DNA of 64,000 nucleotides from a virus. The notes under the pieces are model-generated. The model had not been told where the DNA came from. It worked only from the letters and a program-made list of their open reading frames with translations, and searched no databases. Positions 35,237 through 43,836 of the stretch are shown one piece after another (within the stretch, counting starts at the first letter, position 1; every line of letters begins with the position of its first letter). The stretch is from IMG/VR virus record IMGVR_UViG_2711768806_000001. One strand, 5' to 3'. A program made the translations under genes and the position numbers.

Positions 35237-35436
35237 TCCTCCCGGTACCAGGGCTTGGTTTCGCCAACCTTCAACCGGGGCCCGAAGGGGTGACTAAATC
35301 CCCACAGGGAGGCCGCTAGATTGGAGCTGCGCTGGTCGATCCGGCGCCACAGCGGTTTGGGCGCGAACGTCAGCGCGAAGCTGAACACTTCGATTGTCAG
35401 GATGACCCAAAACGCAATCCACCACAGGGTGCTCAT
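35233..35436 (-). CDS. Small membrane protein
   Basis: MSTLWWIAFWVILTIEV hydrophobic N-terminus. Confidence 0.65.
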   Translation of the reverse strand: MSTLWWIAFWVILTIEVFSFALTFAPKPLWRRIDQRSSNLAASLWGFSHPFGPRLKVGETKPWYRED

Positions 35437-35639
35437 TCTCGCCACCTCCATTTGCCGTCCTCGCCCAGTTCCTGTATCGCGGTGACCCACCAGCGCTCGG
35501 GCACCGGCCAGTCGACGGTGCACTTAGCGAGGCCGAGTTTCTCGATAATCGCCTTAGCTCCAGCGTCTGCGTCACTGCCAAAACACCCGCCAGGCATTGA
35601 GCGCAGAATGTCGGCTATCATCTTTTCGATATCGCTCAT
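35433..35639 (-). CDS. Hypothetical protein
   Basis: ATGA overlaps. Confidence 0.65.
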   Translation of the reverse strand: MSDIEKMIADILRSMPGGCFGSDADAGAKAIIEKLGLAKCTVDWPVPERWWVTAIQELGEDGKWRWRE

Positions 35640-35851
35640 TTCAACTCCTTGATCAGGCCGCGCCACTCGCAAGCGGTAAACCATTCCCGAAGGCTGCCGA
35701 CAAACTCTTCCGCCTCTTCTGGCCCGTCGAGATGAAACTCCGCGGCAACAGATACGGTGCGTCCACTAAGAAGCGACCTCCCCTCGGGCCCTATATCCCG
35801 GAGATGACGCCAGATGAGGTACCACTCGCGGAGGTAATTGACGACGTTCAT
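35636..35851 (-). CDS. Hypothetical protein
   Basis: ATGA overlaps. Confidence 0.6.
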   Translation of the reverse strand: MNVVNYLREWYLIWRHLRDIGPEGRSLLSGRTVSVAAEFHLDGPEEAEEFVGSLREWFTACEWRGLIKELK

Positions 35852-36024
35852 GAATCCTCTTTCCCGCAGATATGGGGATAGGGCGGCGCGCCGCTCCACC
35901 CCTCGGGGCTGCACCCCGGACAAGAGCACGGGCAGGTTTCATGCGCCGCGTAGCAGCAGGGTGCGCATAGCCTTTTTCCGCAACCGCACAACTTGCCATG
36001 TTCGGGATTGCAGAGACAGGTCAT
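35848..36024 (-). CDS. Small Cys-rich protein
   Basis: Many Cys in 58 aa. Confidence 0.6.
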   Translation of the reverse strand: MTCLCNPEHGKLCGCGKRLCAPCCYAAHETCPCSCPGCSPEGWSGAPPYPHICGKEDS

Positions 36025-36314
36025 GCCTCGCTCCATCCCGACACCCAGCGAGTTCCAGTTCTAGGGTTAGGCGCTGGCGGCATCACACCGGCGGTCGAGT
36101 TGCCGTACGGCACCTGTTCACGCACCGTCTCGCGGGTGAGTCCTCCGAGGGCTTTGTCGATTTCCTCGGCCAAGTGCTCGGCACATGTGGGAGGTCCCCA
36201 GCGAACCCCCTCCTGCCACCCGCAGGAGCACAGCCCATCCTCGCCGTCTCGGCTGTCGATGGGGCGATGCTTGCCGATCACGTCGGCGATCACGTTCTGG
36301 GCTTCGCTGCTCAT
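36021..36314 (-). CDS. Hypothetical protein, paralog of 36669-36953
   Basis: AEEIDKALGGLTRET shared motif. Confidence 0.7.
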   Translation of the reverse strand: MSSEAQNVIADVIGKHRPIDSRDGEDGLCSCGWQEGVRWGPPTCAEHLAEEIDKALGGLTRETVREQVPYGNSTAGVMPPAPNPRTGTRWVSGWSEA

Positions 36315-36676
36315 GCTTCCTCCTCTGACAGAATTGCGAGAATCTCATTGACGCTGACGACCTGCGCACCCTTCCAGTCGTCCTCCCAGGGGTCTCGCAG
36401 ATGAGGGGCCGCGGTGCACAGGTCCCGCAATTTCCGTTCACGCTCACGAGTCCGCTCAACCTCGGCCACCAGCTCAGGGATGAGAGTCCGGGATGCCGCG
36501 ATGAACTCGCCGTCATGGTCGGGCAGTCCGTAGGTCATGGACTCGCCAGCGCCGTCGAAGAGGATCGACTCTGCGTAGTCGCCGTTCTGGTTCTGTCCGC
36601 CCCAGTGCTGGAACGTCCATGGCCCTTCGGTCACGCCTTCCAGTGCGCCCTTGGCCCGCTCAACAACATCACTCAT
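36311..36676 (-). CDS. Hypothetical protein (TEGPW...DGEFIAASR family)
   Basis: Common small-phage-protein motif; overlaps. Confidence 0.75.
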   Translation of the reverse strand: MSDVVERAKGALEGVTEGPWTFQHWGGQNQNGDYAESILFDGAGESMTYGLPDHDGEFIAASRTLIPELVAEVERTRERERKLRDLCTAAPHLRDPWEDDWKGAQVVSVNEILAILSEEEA

Positions 36677-36953
36677 GAGGTATCTCCATCCAGTGGGTAA
36701 CGAATCGGGTTGCGGGCTCTGGCACGCCCAGCTCGAAGATGCTCTCGATTACGCGGGTCTCCCGCCTGAGTCCTCCGAGGGCTCTGTCGATCTCGGCGGC
36801 GACGTGGGCCTCGAAATCGTCGAGCGAACCGTCGCGGAAATCACATTCACCCACCCGCGTACCCTGGCAGTGGGAGCGCCCGGTTTCCAGGTTTAACGTC
36901 CGCCGGTGTCGGCGCTGAACCGCGCTCATGATCTTCTGCGCGTCGCCGCTCAC
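36669..36953 (-). CDS. Hypothetical protein, paralog of 36021-36314
   Basis: AAEIDRALGGLRRET. Confidence 0.7.
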   Translation of the reverse strand: MSGDAQKIMSAVQRRHRRTLNLETGRSHCQGTRVGECDFRDGSLDDFEAHVAAEIDRALGGLRRETRVIESIFELGVPEPATRFVTHWMEIPHE

Positions 36954-37093
36954 GCTTCCTCCTCGAATGATTCGCAACTACACGCTTCACAAGTTCCGAT
37001 GTCCGAGTGATGCGATGACGGGTGTTGGCATGTGGCGCAAGATGTGGCGGCGTAAGCGGCGATTGCTTCGGCACGGGTGACCGGGTCGTTCAT
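36950..37093 (-). CDS. Small zinc-binding protein
   Basis: CATCQH...H...CEACSC. Confidence 0.65.
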   Translation of the reverse strand: MNDPVTRAEAIAAYAATSCATCQHPSSHHSDIGTCEACSCESFEEEA

Positions 37094-37272
37094 GCTTCCT
37101 CCTCTGCGGCGCGGACGACCATTGAATACGTCCATCCGCAACCGGGTGGACTGTCCTGCGGGCGCTCGCCGTGCCGGGAGGCAGCGTTACCGCAGCGAAC
37201 GCACTGAACGGCGCGGTCTTCCGCAGCACCCATTAACGCTTCGAATGCCACAAACCTCGGATTGCCAGTCAC
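37090..37272 (-). CDS. Hypothetical protein
   Basis: CVRC..H..C; overlaps. Confidence 0.65.
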   Translation of the reverse strand: MTGNPRFVAFEALMGAAEDRAVQCVRCGNAASRHGERPQDSPPGCGWTYSMVVRAAEEEA

Positions 37273-37607
37273 GCTTCCCCCTCGGCTACAACCGCAGCAG
37301 CGAGAAGAGCGGCAGCGAGTTCACGCGCCTCCCCGGGACTCATCGGCTCCTCCGGTTCGAGGTCGTAATCGAAATGAACCTCGCCGGGGTAGTCGTCCCA
37401 CACGAGGACGCGGTGGAGCGCCACGCTGGGCCAGCCGACTGCGACCTCGTCCTCTTCGCGCTCTTCGGGTTCGGGTAGTTCTACTAGAGCGATACGGTTA
37501 GCCTCGAATGCCGCGAGGATGTTGCGCGCCTCGTCGTAGTCAAGCGCGGTGACATCTTCGTCATCCGCCAAGGCTTTGGCGATGGTGCCAAGAATTCGGT
37601 CACTCAT
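37269..37607 (-). CDS. Hypothetical protein, paralog of 41526-41867
   Basis: ANRIALVELP and AAALLAAA shared. Confidence 0.7.
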   Translation of the reverse strand: MSDRILGTIAKALADDEDVTALDYDEARNILAAFEANRIALVELPEPEEREEDEVAVGWPSVALHRVLVWDDYPGEVHFDYDLEPEEPMSPGEARELAAALLAAAVVAEGEA

Positions 37608-37804
37608 CACGCCTCCTGAAATTGCTTCTTGAGCCATTCCCTGGCTTCTTCACGCTGGACCATCACCCGCCGGCCGATCCGGGCGTAGCGCGGCCCGTAC
37701 CCCACCTGCTTCCAGTACCGCACTGTGGCCAGGGGCACTTGGGCCTCGCGGGCGAAGTCTTCGAGCGTCATCAACAACGGCTCGCTTGAACTGCTCTGCT
37801 CCAT
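37607..37804 (-). CDS. Excisionase / AlpA-MerR-like HTH protein
   Basis: LMTLEDFAREAQVPLATVRYWKQVGYGPRYARIGRRV; divergent from integrase. Confidence 0.8.
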   Translation of the reverse strand: MEQSSSSEPLLMTLEDFAREAQVPLATVRYWKQVGYGPRYARIGRRVMVQREEAREWLKKQFQEA

Positions 37805-37880
37805 GTACAACACTGTACTGCATTGAACTATAGCATGGAACACACTGCAGTGATGAGATCCTGCAACAAAATGAGTTTTC

Positions 37881-39110
37881 ATGCATACGCTGTCCGGTAT
37901 GCAGAACCGCACGCCAGGTCGCCGCGGAGTCACCGACATGTGGTACCGCGACGACGGAACCCCCACCCAACTCGCGACACCCGGAACCACGCCCAAGAAC
38001 CCCTCCGGAAGCGGGGCCAGGTGGCGCGCCTGGTACATCGACACCGCCGGAAAGCAGCGCACCAAGAAGTTCCCCAACAAGAAGGGGGCGGAGCGGTGGG
38101 CCGACGACCAGGCCAACAAAATCAACACCGGGACATGGGTCGCCCCCGAAGTCGCCTCGGAGACCTTCGCAACCGTGGCGGAAAAGTGGTACGCCACCAA
38201 ATCCAACCGGGAGGCGACCACCAAGCACGGCTACCGCAACATCCTCGACACCATCGTCCTGCCGAAGTGGGGTAAGGATTCCTTGGCCTCCATCGACCAC
38301 GAGTCCCTACAGGACTGGATCAACGAGCTCTCCACCACCAGTGAGTACCGGACCAAGGGCTCCGGGGGCTTCTCGGCCTCCAGGACCATCCAGATCCACC
38401 TGGTGATGAACGGGGTGCTGAAGTACGCCGTGCGAACGGAGAGGATCACCAGGAACCCCGCAGAGGGGTTGGAACTGCCCACCAAGAAGAAGACCTCCCG
38501 GCAGCGGTACCTCACCCACGGTCAGCTACAGGAGTTCGCCGGCGAGATGGGACGCTTCGAGGGCCTGACCCTCCTGCTGGGGTACTGCGGCGCCCGCACC
38601 AGCGAAGCCTTCGGCGCCAGGGGTAGGGACTTCCGGGGGAGGGTCTGGGAGTTGCACGGGGCAGTGGTGAGGAAGGTGGAGAAAGACACCAAGACGCACC
38701 GGGCCCGGTTCATCCCCGTCCCCGAGGTGGTGTGGAACAAGCTCCAGATGCCCGCCAATCCCGATTCCCTGCTCTTCCCCGGCCGGAAGGGGCACATCAC
38801 CACGGGGGAGTACCGCTGGGCCTTTGACAGGGCCCTGCGGACGGTGCAGGAGCGTACGGAGAAGATCCGTCAGGAGGAGATCGCGTCAACAGGGAGAGCG
38901 GTGACGCCAGCGTTCCCCACCATCACGCCTCACGACCTCCGGCACACCTGCGCATCGCTGGCCATCTCCTCGGGGGCCAACGTCAAGGCCGTCCAGAACC
39001 TCCTGGGGCACGCCACCGCAGTGATGACCCTCGACCTGTATGGACACTTGCTGTCGGACGATCTCCAGCGGGTGATGGACGCCCTCGATGAAGCGGCGGC
39101 TGCGGCATGA
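37881..39110 (+). CDS. int: Tyrosine integrase (start may be 37899)
   Basis: GAR.SEAFG, HDLRHT, LLGH...LDLYGH catalytic R-H-R-H-Y set; N-terminal WRAWY..G arm-binding domain. Confidence 0.95.
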   Translation: MHTLSGMQNRTPGRRGVTDMWYRDDGTPTQLATPGTTPKNPSGSGARWRAWYIDTAGKQRTKKFPNKKGAERWADDQANKINTGTWVAPEVASETFATVAEKWYATKSNREATTKHGYRNILDTIVLPKWGKDSLASIDHESLQDWINELSTTSEYRTKGSGGFSASRTIQIHLVMNGVLKYAVRTERITRNPAEGLELPTKKKTSRQRYLTHGQLQEFAGEMGRFEGLTLLLGYCGARTSEAFGARGRDFRGRVWELHGAVVRKVEKDTKTHRARFIPVPEVVWNKLQMPANPDSLLFPGRKGHITTGEYRWAFDRALRTVQERTEKIRQEEIASTGRAVTPAFPTITPHDLRHTCASLAISSGANVKAVQNLLGHATAVMTLDLYGHLLSDDLQRVMDALDEAAAAA

Positions 39111-39125
39111 CCTGGGCGAATGGAA

Positions 39126-39370
39126 GAGCCATGGTGCGTACTATCTGCATACGGCCCCTCGGTGTGTACGGCCTCCGGGGTGAAAAACCCCCTCTGACCA
39201 GTGCCCTCGGTGAGATTCGAACTCACACTGTACGGGTTTTGAATCCTTTGCTCTCGCGTTTTCTACCTGCGGGATTGCAGATCCTCAACACTGTTTCCGC
39301 AGGTTGAGTAGATGACGAGTGGTGACTGTTGCGAGTGGGCGAGAGCCATGGTGCATACGGCCTGCATACG
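39126..39370. repeat. Putative integrase arm-type sites flanking attP core
   Basis: GAGCCATGGTGC(G/A)TAC at 39126 and 39343; TGCATACG at 39146, 39352, 39363. Confidence 0.65.
39201..39246 (-). other. attP common core, matching the 3' half of a tRNA-Leu(CAA)
   Basis: Reverse complement GGATTCAAAACCCGTACAGTGTGAGTTCGAATCTCACCGAGGGCAC: anticodon arm, T arm (GTTCGAATC) and acceptor half; just 3' of int. Confidence 0.9.
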
Positions 39371-39643
39371 ATGCGAGGGTTCTGCGGAGAGCCGCCGGGG
39401 CGAGGGCCGAACGATGGGCGCGGGCTAGCAAACTGTTTGCCATAAAAGATTAGATAGAAAAACAATGTTTCCTGATCTCTGGTTCAGAAGCCGACCACAA
39501 GTTAAAACGGACCCCACGTCGGAACAACCTCTCAACGGCCGCCGTCAGGCGGCTACGGAAGTGCCCCCATCGCTCCGACGGGGCACCCTCAACCCCATGG
39601 GTCTTGCCTCACTGGAATCCCGCTTGACGGTATCGCTAAACCG

Positions 39644-40066
39644 TCAGCTTCTCTTTGATACTTGATAGGCATAGTCGATTTGACGGCATATGAGGGCCTC
39701 TTTGTACGGAGTCGATCCGACGGCGCACGCCGAGGGTGCGCAGACCCTTCGGGCCCGGTGCATGACGTACTCGTGTTTGTAGATCCGGTCGCCATGCTTG
39801 TACTCGTTGTGGCGGAGCCAGCCGGATTGGATGAGCAGCTTCATGGCGTTCCCGACGCGCTTGCTATTCGTCGGCCAGCCGAGCCCGGCGGCGATGCTCC
39901 GCTGACTTACATCCCAGCCATCCTCCAGCGATAGGAGGTACGCCCCGACCATGCGGGCGTCGGACGTGAGCTTGCCGTCCCGGATGAGCGCCGTCGGGAT
40001 GACGGCGTACCCAGAGTTGGGCATGTCGCCTAGCAACCTGAGTGTGGTGCGCTGCATGTAACCCAT
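39644..40066 (-). CDS. Winged-HTH protein resembling a replication-initiator N-terminus, possibly truncated
   Basis: YAVIPTALIRDGKLTSDARMVGAYLLSL..GW...SIAAGLG..LIQSGWL pattern. Confidence 0.6.
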   Translation of the reverse strand: MGYMQRTTLRLLGDMPNSGYAVIPTALIRDGKLTSDARMVGAYLLSLEDGWDVSQRSIAAGLGWPTNSKRVGNAMKLLIQSGWLRHNEYKHGDRIYKHEYVMHRARRVCAPSACAVGSTPYKEALICRQIDYAYQVSKRS

Positions 40067-40149
40067 TGGACCCCCTAAATTGTGGTGGAACTGGAGGTCC
40101 ATCGTAGTGTGATATGATCATGTTTTCAACATGCTTTATGGAGGTCGCC

Positions 40150-40662
40150 TTGAACCCCAGGTGCGCGCAGTACAAGTGTCGCGACCAGGCATGGCGAGCG
40201 AACGTCTGCAAAACGCATTGGTTCGAGTGGGCTGCCAAGGTTCGTGCCGGCGGCGCGAGGGCGGACCTGAAGGGCATCTTGCTTGCCGAGCAGGGCTTTA
40301 AATGCGCCAATCCTGGGTGTCGCGCACCGCTAACCAACTGGACTGACGCGCACTTAGATCATGACCATGATTGCTGCGGCCGGAATAAGGCGTGCGTCGC
40401 CTGCACTCGAGGGGTGATATGCCGCCTCTGCAACCTCATGCTCGGATATGCCAAGGATGACCCGGAGCGGCTTCGAGGCGGCGCCGAGTACCTTGAGGCC
40501 TTTCAGGTCCACGGCAAGCCGATCGCCATTGCGGTTCGCGACGGCGGTGCGCGCAGCTATGGGTACGACCGCAAAACGATGCGGGAGGACCTGGAGACAC
40601 TGGAAGGGCAGAGGGGGAGCCAGTGGAGGTATCGACCACCACTCACAGCAAGCTCCTCCTAA
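40150..40662 (+). CDS. Endonuclease VII-type HNH endonuclease
   Basis: CANPGC..HLDHDHDCC..C..C.RGVIC..CNLMLG; GGAGG SD before TTG 40150. Confidence 0.85.
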   Translation: MNPRCAQYKCRDQAWRANVCKTHWFEWAAKVRAGGARADLKGILLAEQGFKCANPGCRAPLTNWTDAHLDHDHDCCGRNKACVACTRGVICRLCNLMLGYAKDDPERLRGGAEYLEAFQVHGKPIAIAVRDGGARSYGYDRKTMREDLETLEGQRGSQWRYRPPLTASSS

Positions 40663-40666
40663 ACCG

Positions 40667-40701
40667 TACTGCAGTTGAGCTGCATCACACTGTGGTACGA
40701 T
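40667..40701 (+). promoter_or_regulatory. Candidate extended -10 promoter with operator-like motif
   Basis: TGG-TACGAT at 40693-40701; TACTGCAGTT at 40667. Confidence 0.5.
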
Positions 40702-40753
40702 CATGGTTGAAACGTACTTTCTAAGGGGGCGCGGTGGGCACAGGGTGGACAGC

Positions 40754-41014
40754 ATGAGTCAGTATCTGAATCAGTGGGGCGAGAAAATCCTTGGTCTCTA
40801 CATTTCCACCCTCCCCGATTTCGTCGAGGATCACTGGCAGGTCCTGGGGTTAAAGGATCACGACTTCGACCGGAGGCACTACGGACGCCGGTACGAGCTC
40901 AAAAAGACCAATGACTCGGGAACTCAGGGATGGGTTGCCGGCCGCTTCTCTCGCGAGGAATTGACTGGCCTGCGCGACATGCTGACGAGGGTCCTGGAGG
41001 CTGACGATGAGTGA
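40754..41014 (+). CDS. Hypothetical protein
   Basis: Packed rightward run. Confidence 0.65.
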   Translation: MSQYLNQWGEKILGLYISTLPDFVEDHWQVLGLKDHDFDRRHYGRRYELKKTNDSGTQGWVAGRFSREELTGLRDMLTRVLEADDE

Positions 41015-41258
41015 TCCCGCAATGAGTAAGTACGGGGTCCAGTACGAGCCCTCAACAGGGAAGATCCGCGCGGGGCGTCACAACAAAGCTGGGGACACCT
41101 TGGTTGAGAAGCAGGACGTGTCGGGGTCGGCCATCTGGGCGGTCGCGCAATGGCTTGAAGCTCACGACGAAGGGTTCCCCTACGAGATCTTCAAGTACGT
41201 AGAGGGCGGCGAGGGATACCGCCTTACCGTCGAGAAACTGGAGATTGGACATGCCTGA
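41007..41258 (+). CDS. Hypothetical protein
   Basis: EKQDVSGSAIWAVAQWL. Confidence 0.7.
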   Translation: MSDPAMSKYGVQYEPSTGKIRAGRHNKAGDTLVEKQDVSGSAIWAVAQWLEAHDEGFPYEIFKYVEGGEGYRLTVEKLEIGHA

Positions 41259-41529
41259 TCCCGCAGTAGAAGCCGCAGCGCGTGCGTGGGAATGGTATCC
41301 CGTTCCAAAAGACATTCCGCTGGTTGTTCGCTCTGTCCCTCTCGCCGCTGCCCGTGAGGCGTTGAAGCCGATCCGGGAACTGCACCGCCCTCGGTGGAGC
41401 AACTGCATCAACGCCTGCTGCAGCGGAGAGGACTGCCGACTCAGAGACCGCGTATGCGAACACTGCGAGGTCGATTGGCCATGCGACACCGCCAAGCTCA
41501 TCTACACCACCGAGGAGCTGGGACAGTGA
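41251..41529 (+). CDS. Hypothetical protein, paralog of 61523-61801
   Basis: AAAREALKPIREL...LIYTTEEL. Confidence 0.7.
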   Translation: MPDPAVEAAARAWEWYPVPKDIPLVVRSVPLAAAREALKPIRELHRPRWSNCINACCSGEDCRLRDRVCEHCEVDWPCDTAKLIYTTEELGQ

Positions 41530-41867
41530 GTGATCAGACACGTATCGAAGCGACTCTCGCGCAGATGTTTCGGGACGACTTCTTTGACGAAACTCGTGTT
41601 GGAGAGTTCCTGGAAGCGTTGAAAGCGAACCGCATCGCACTCGTAGAACTCCCCGACCCGATCGTCGACGAAGAGTGGGGCGACAAATACTGGCCCGTTC
41701 CGCAGGCGGATGAACGGCTCGGTGTTGATCACGGACGTATCCGAATCGATGAATGGCCTTCCGGCCCGCGTATCGGTTCGGTGTCGGTGCACACTCCAAT
41801 TCGCCCGTGCAACGTGTTGCCCTACGTCGCCGCCCTTCTCGCTGCCGCTGCGGAGGTGACCGAATGA
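41526..41867 (+). CDS. Hypothetical protein, paralog of 37269-37607
   Basis: ANRIALVELP motif. Confidence 0.7.
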   Translation: MSDQTRIEATLAQMFRDDFFDETRVGEFLEALKANRIALVELPDPIVDEEWGDKYWPVPQADERLGVDHGRIRIDEWPSGPRIGSVSVHTPIRPCNVLPYVAALLAAAAEVTE

Positions 41868-42052
41868 GCTGGCTCAATGAACCCTGCCCGCCGCCTGAGA
41901 ATTACACCAGCCCGCTCATCACCCGTGTCGAATTGGTGGACCACCGTTCGTCGGCCGGTAAACCCGGAAGGGTTTTCTCCGCCTTCGACGTGGAGAATGT
42001 TCTCGTCTCCGTCCAGGATGATGGGCGGACGTTGAAAGTGTTTGTGAGTTGA
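41864..42052 (+). CDS. Hypothetical protein
   Basis: ITRVELVDH...VQDDGRTLKVF. Confidence 0.7.
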   Translation: MSWLNEPCPPPENYTSPLITRVELVDHRSSAGKPGRVFSAFDVENVLVSVQDDGRTLKVFVS

Positions 42053-42255
42053 CGAGATACTTCTACGTACCGGGCATGGCCCATCCGTATTGGATTGTCA
42101 GCGAGGAGCATGACTGGCCCGAGCCTGGCGATGTCACAACAGTTGCAACGAACTCTGCGGCTAGCACCGACATGGGCGATCTGTACGACACGGAGTTTTT
42201 TGATCTCTTCCCGAATGCGGTGGAGATTTCCAGGGAGGAATTCGAGGCGCGATGA
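42049..42255 (+). CDS. Hypothetical protein
   Basis: 4-bp overlaps. Confidence 0.65.
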   Translation: MTRYFYVPGMAHPYWIVSEEHDWPEPGDVTTVATNSAASTDMGDLYDTEFFDLFPNAVEISREEFEAR

Positions 42256-42629
42256 TCGACGATCTCGACATCCCATATGGCATCTGCCCGTCCCAGGTGG
42301 ATGGGTTCACCGCCGACGGGCGACCCTTTTACTTCCGCTGTCGCCACGACCGCTGGACTATCGCCATAGGCGAGGTGGGCTGGGGAGCGAACTGCCTGTC
42401 TTGGCCGGAGAGCTTCCGCGAACGAATCGAGTTCTCCGGTAAGGGTGACTATGTGTCCAAGGTTGAGGTGGACACCCTTCTGACCGAGCACCTGGGCGAG
42501 GGGTGGCGCCAGGCCACGTGGGAAGAGTGCCTCTTCACCAGGACGTGCAGATGCGGAAAAGACTTTGAGGCCAGTGGCAGCTCCATCTGCATGGAATGCA
42601 TGGTGAAGGAGCTCCGGGGAGACGGATGA
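42252..42629 (+). CDS. Hypothetical protein
   Basis: CPSQVDG..DGRPFYFRCRH motif. Confidence 0.7.
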   Translation: MIDDLDIPYGICPSQVDGFTADGRPFYFRCRHDRWTIAIGEVGWGANCLSWPESFRERIEFSGKGDYVSKVEVDTLLTEHLGEGWRQATWEECLFTRTCRCGKDFEASGSSICMECMVKELRGDG

Positions 42630-42790
42630 CCGTGAGTCGACGCAATCCAGCGGTGGCTGAAAGAAGGCTGACATGACGGCAGCTACCGACCGATACTTGC
42701 GCACGTAAATTTTGATACAGCAAAGACGTTAGCACCGGAAGATCTTGAGAAACCCACCTAACCACCTGGTAATTTCCGGTACATTGGTTA

Positions 42791-43042
42791 GTGATGCTAC
42801 GAGGGGTGATGACGGTAGCGATCATGGTGGGGGTTGGCGTCGCGGTGGCGGCGACTGCGCAGGCGGACGCCTGCGATCCACCTATCGTTCTTGTCAACGG
42901 TGAAGAGGTCCAGCGTGACCAGCCGACGCTGCGATGCCATGGCGTGGGCGGGTCACTGGGGGGTGGCGGCGCCCGCCCACGAGGGCTGCTGGGGGATTTC
43001 CCGATAGTGGGGAACCTCCCCGGCCTAGGCGGCATCCTTTAG
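42791..43042 (+). CDS. Small secreted protein
   Basis: Signal peptide ending AQA; Gly-rich tail. Confidence 0.55.
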   Translation: MMLRGVMTVAIMVGVGVAVAATAQADACDPPIVLVNGEEVQRDQPTLRCHGVGGSLGGGGARPRGLLGDFPIVGNLPGLGGIL

Positions 43043-43732
43043 GAACTTCTGCAGGTTCCTGAATCCTTTGATTTTCCTCTTCCAAGAGAAGGCCGCGGCC
43101 AAGGCGACACCGATCAGCCACACTGCCGTGCCCACCAGGATCAATCTCAAGGCCATTTCTTCGGCCAGCAGGTGGTTGTCTGCCATGTGGCAGATCAGCA
43201 CCGCCAGCTGGCCCACCTGCGCGAGGAATCCCGCCACGCTGGGCACGAGGAACATTGTGGCCATGCCTCGCTGACGGTCATCCTGCATCAAGACCAGCAA
43301 CACCAGGACGGTGTAGCCGAGTAGATACCCCGCCGTGATGGTGAGGATTGTCGAATACGCGCTAATCCACTCCGGGTGGGGCCAGCGTCGACCATAGAGC
43401 TCGGCGGTAAACCCCCCGCCGATGAATAGTGCCGCCATCATGGCTAGCACGCCCGCCACCATTGGTCTCCCCACCCATGTGCGGACCATGGACCATGCGT
43501 CGCCCTCTAGCCGGGAGATTGCCGCGGCCGCGATCGCGCCGGCGCCCCCCAGGAGGCAGATATGCCCGGCCACTTGAAGCAGCCCCAGGCAGAACGTTAA
43601 GACGATGCTGAGACCCAGGAGGGTAACAGCGATGGTGGACGCGAGCTCCCAGCGCAGGGACCAAGTCATCCACCGGACCCGAAGACTCCAGCCGAGGCAG
43701 GAGAGGGCAGCGATGGTTAGAGCGGTTGTCAT
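43025..43732 (-). CDS. Multi-pass membrane protein downstream of repressor
   Basis: About 7 hydrophobic segments; GAAGG SD on minus strand; same strand as repressor. Confidence 0.8.
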   Translation of the reverse strand: MTTALTIAALSCLGWSLRVRWMTWSLRWELASTIAVTLLGLSIVLTFCLGLLQVAGHICLLGGAGAIAAAAISRLEGDAWSMVRTWVGRPMVAGVLAMMAALFIGGGFTAELYGRRWPHPEWISAYSTILTITAGYLLGYTVLVLLVLMQDDRQRGMATMFLVPSVAGFLAQVGQLAVLICHMADNHLLAEEMALRLILVGTAVWLIGVALAAAFSWKRKIKGFRNLQKFLKDAA

Positions 43733-43836
43733 TGGCCTTCTCGGAAACGATTCAGAACAGTCACGAGCCAGTAAACGCTTCGTTACACAAGATCGACAGG
43801 TCCTTAGGGCCCAATTAAGAAGACGAGACCCAATCG

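Noticed and set aside
39201-39246. tRNA-Leu gene
   Set aside because: Only the 3' half is present (no 5' acceptor strand or D arm); its position after int makes it the attP core
42626-42790. Tiny ORFs and AT-rich gap
   Set aside because: 11-16 aa ORFs without support; no convincing repeat or structure, probably promoter/spacer DNA
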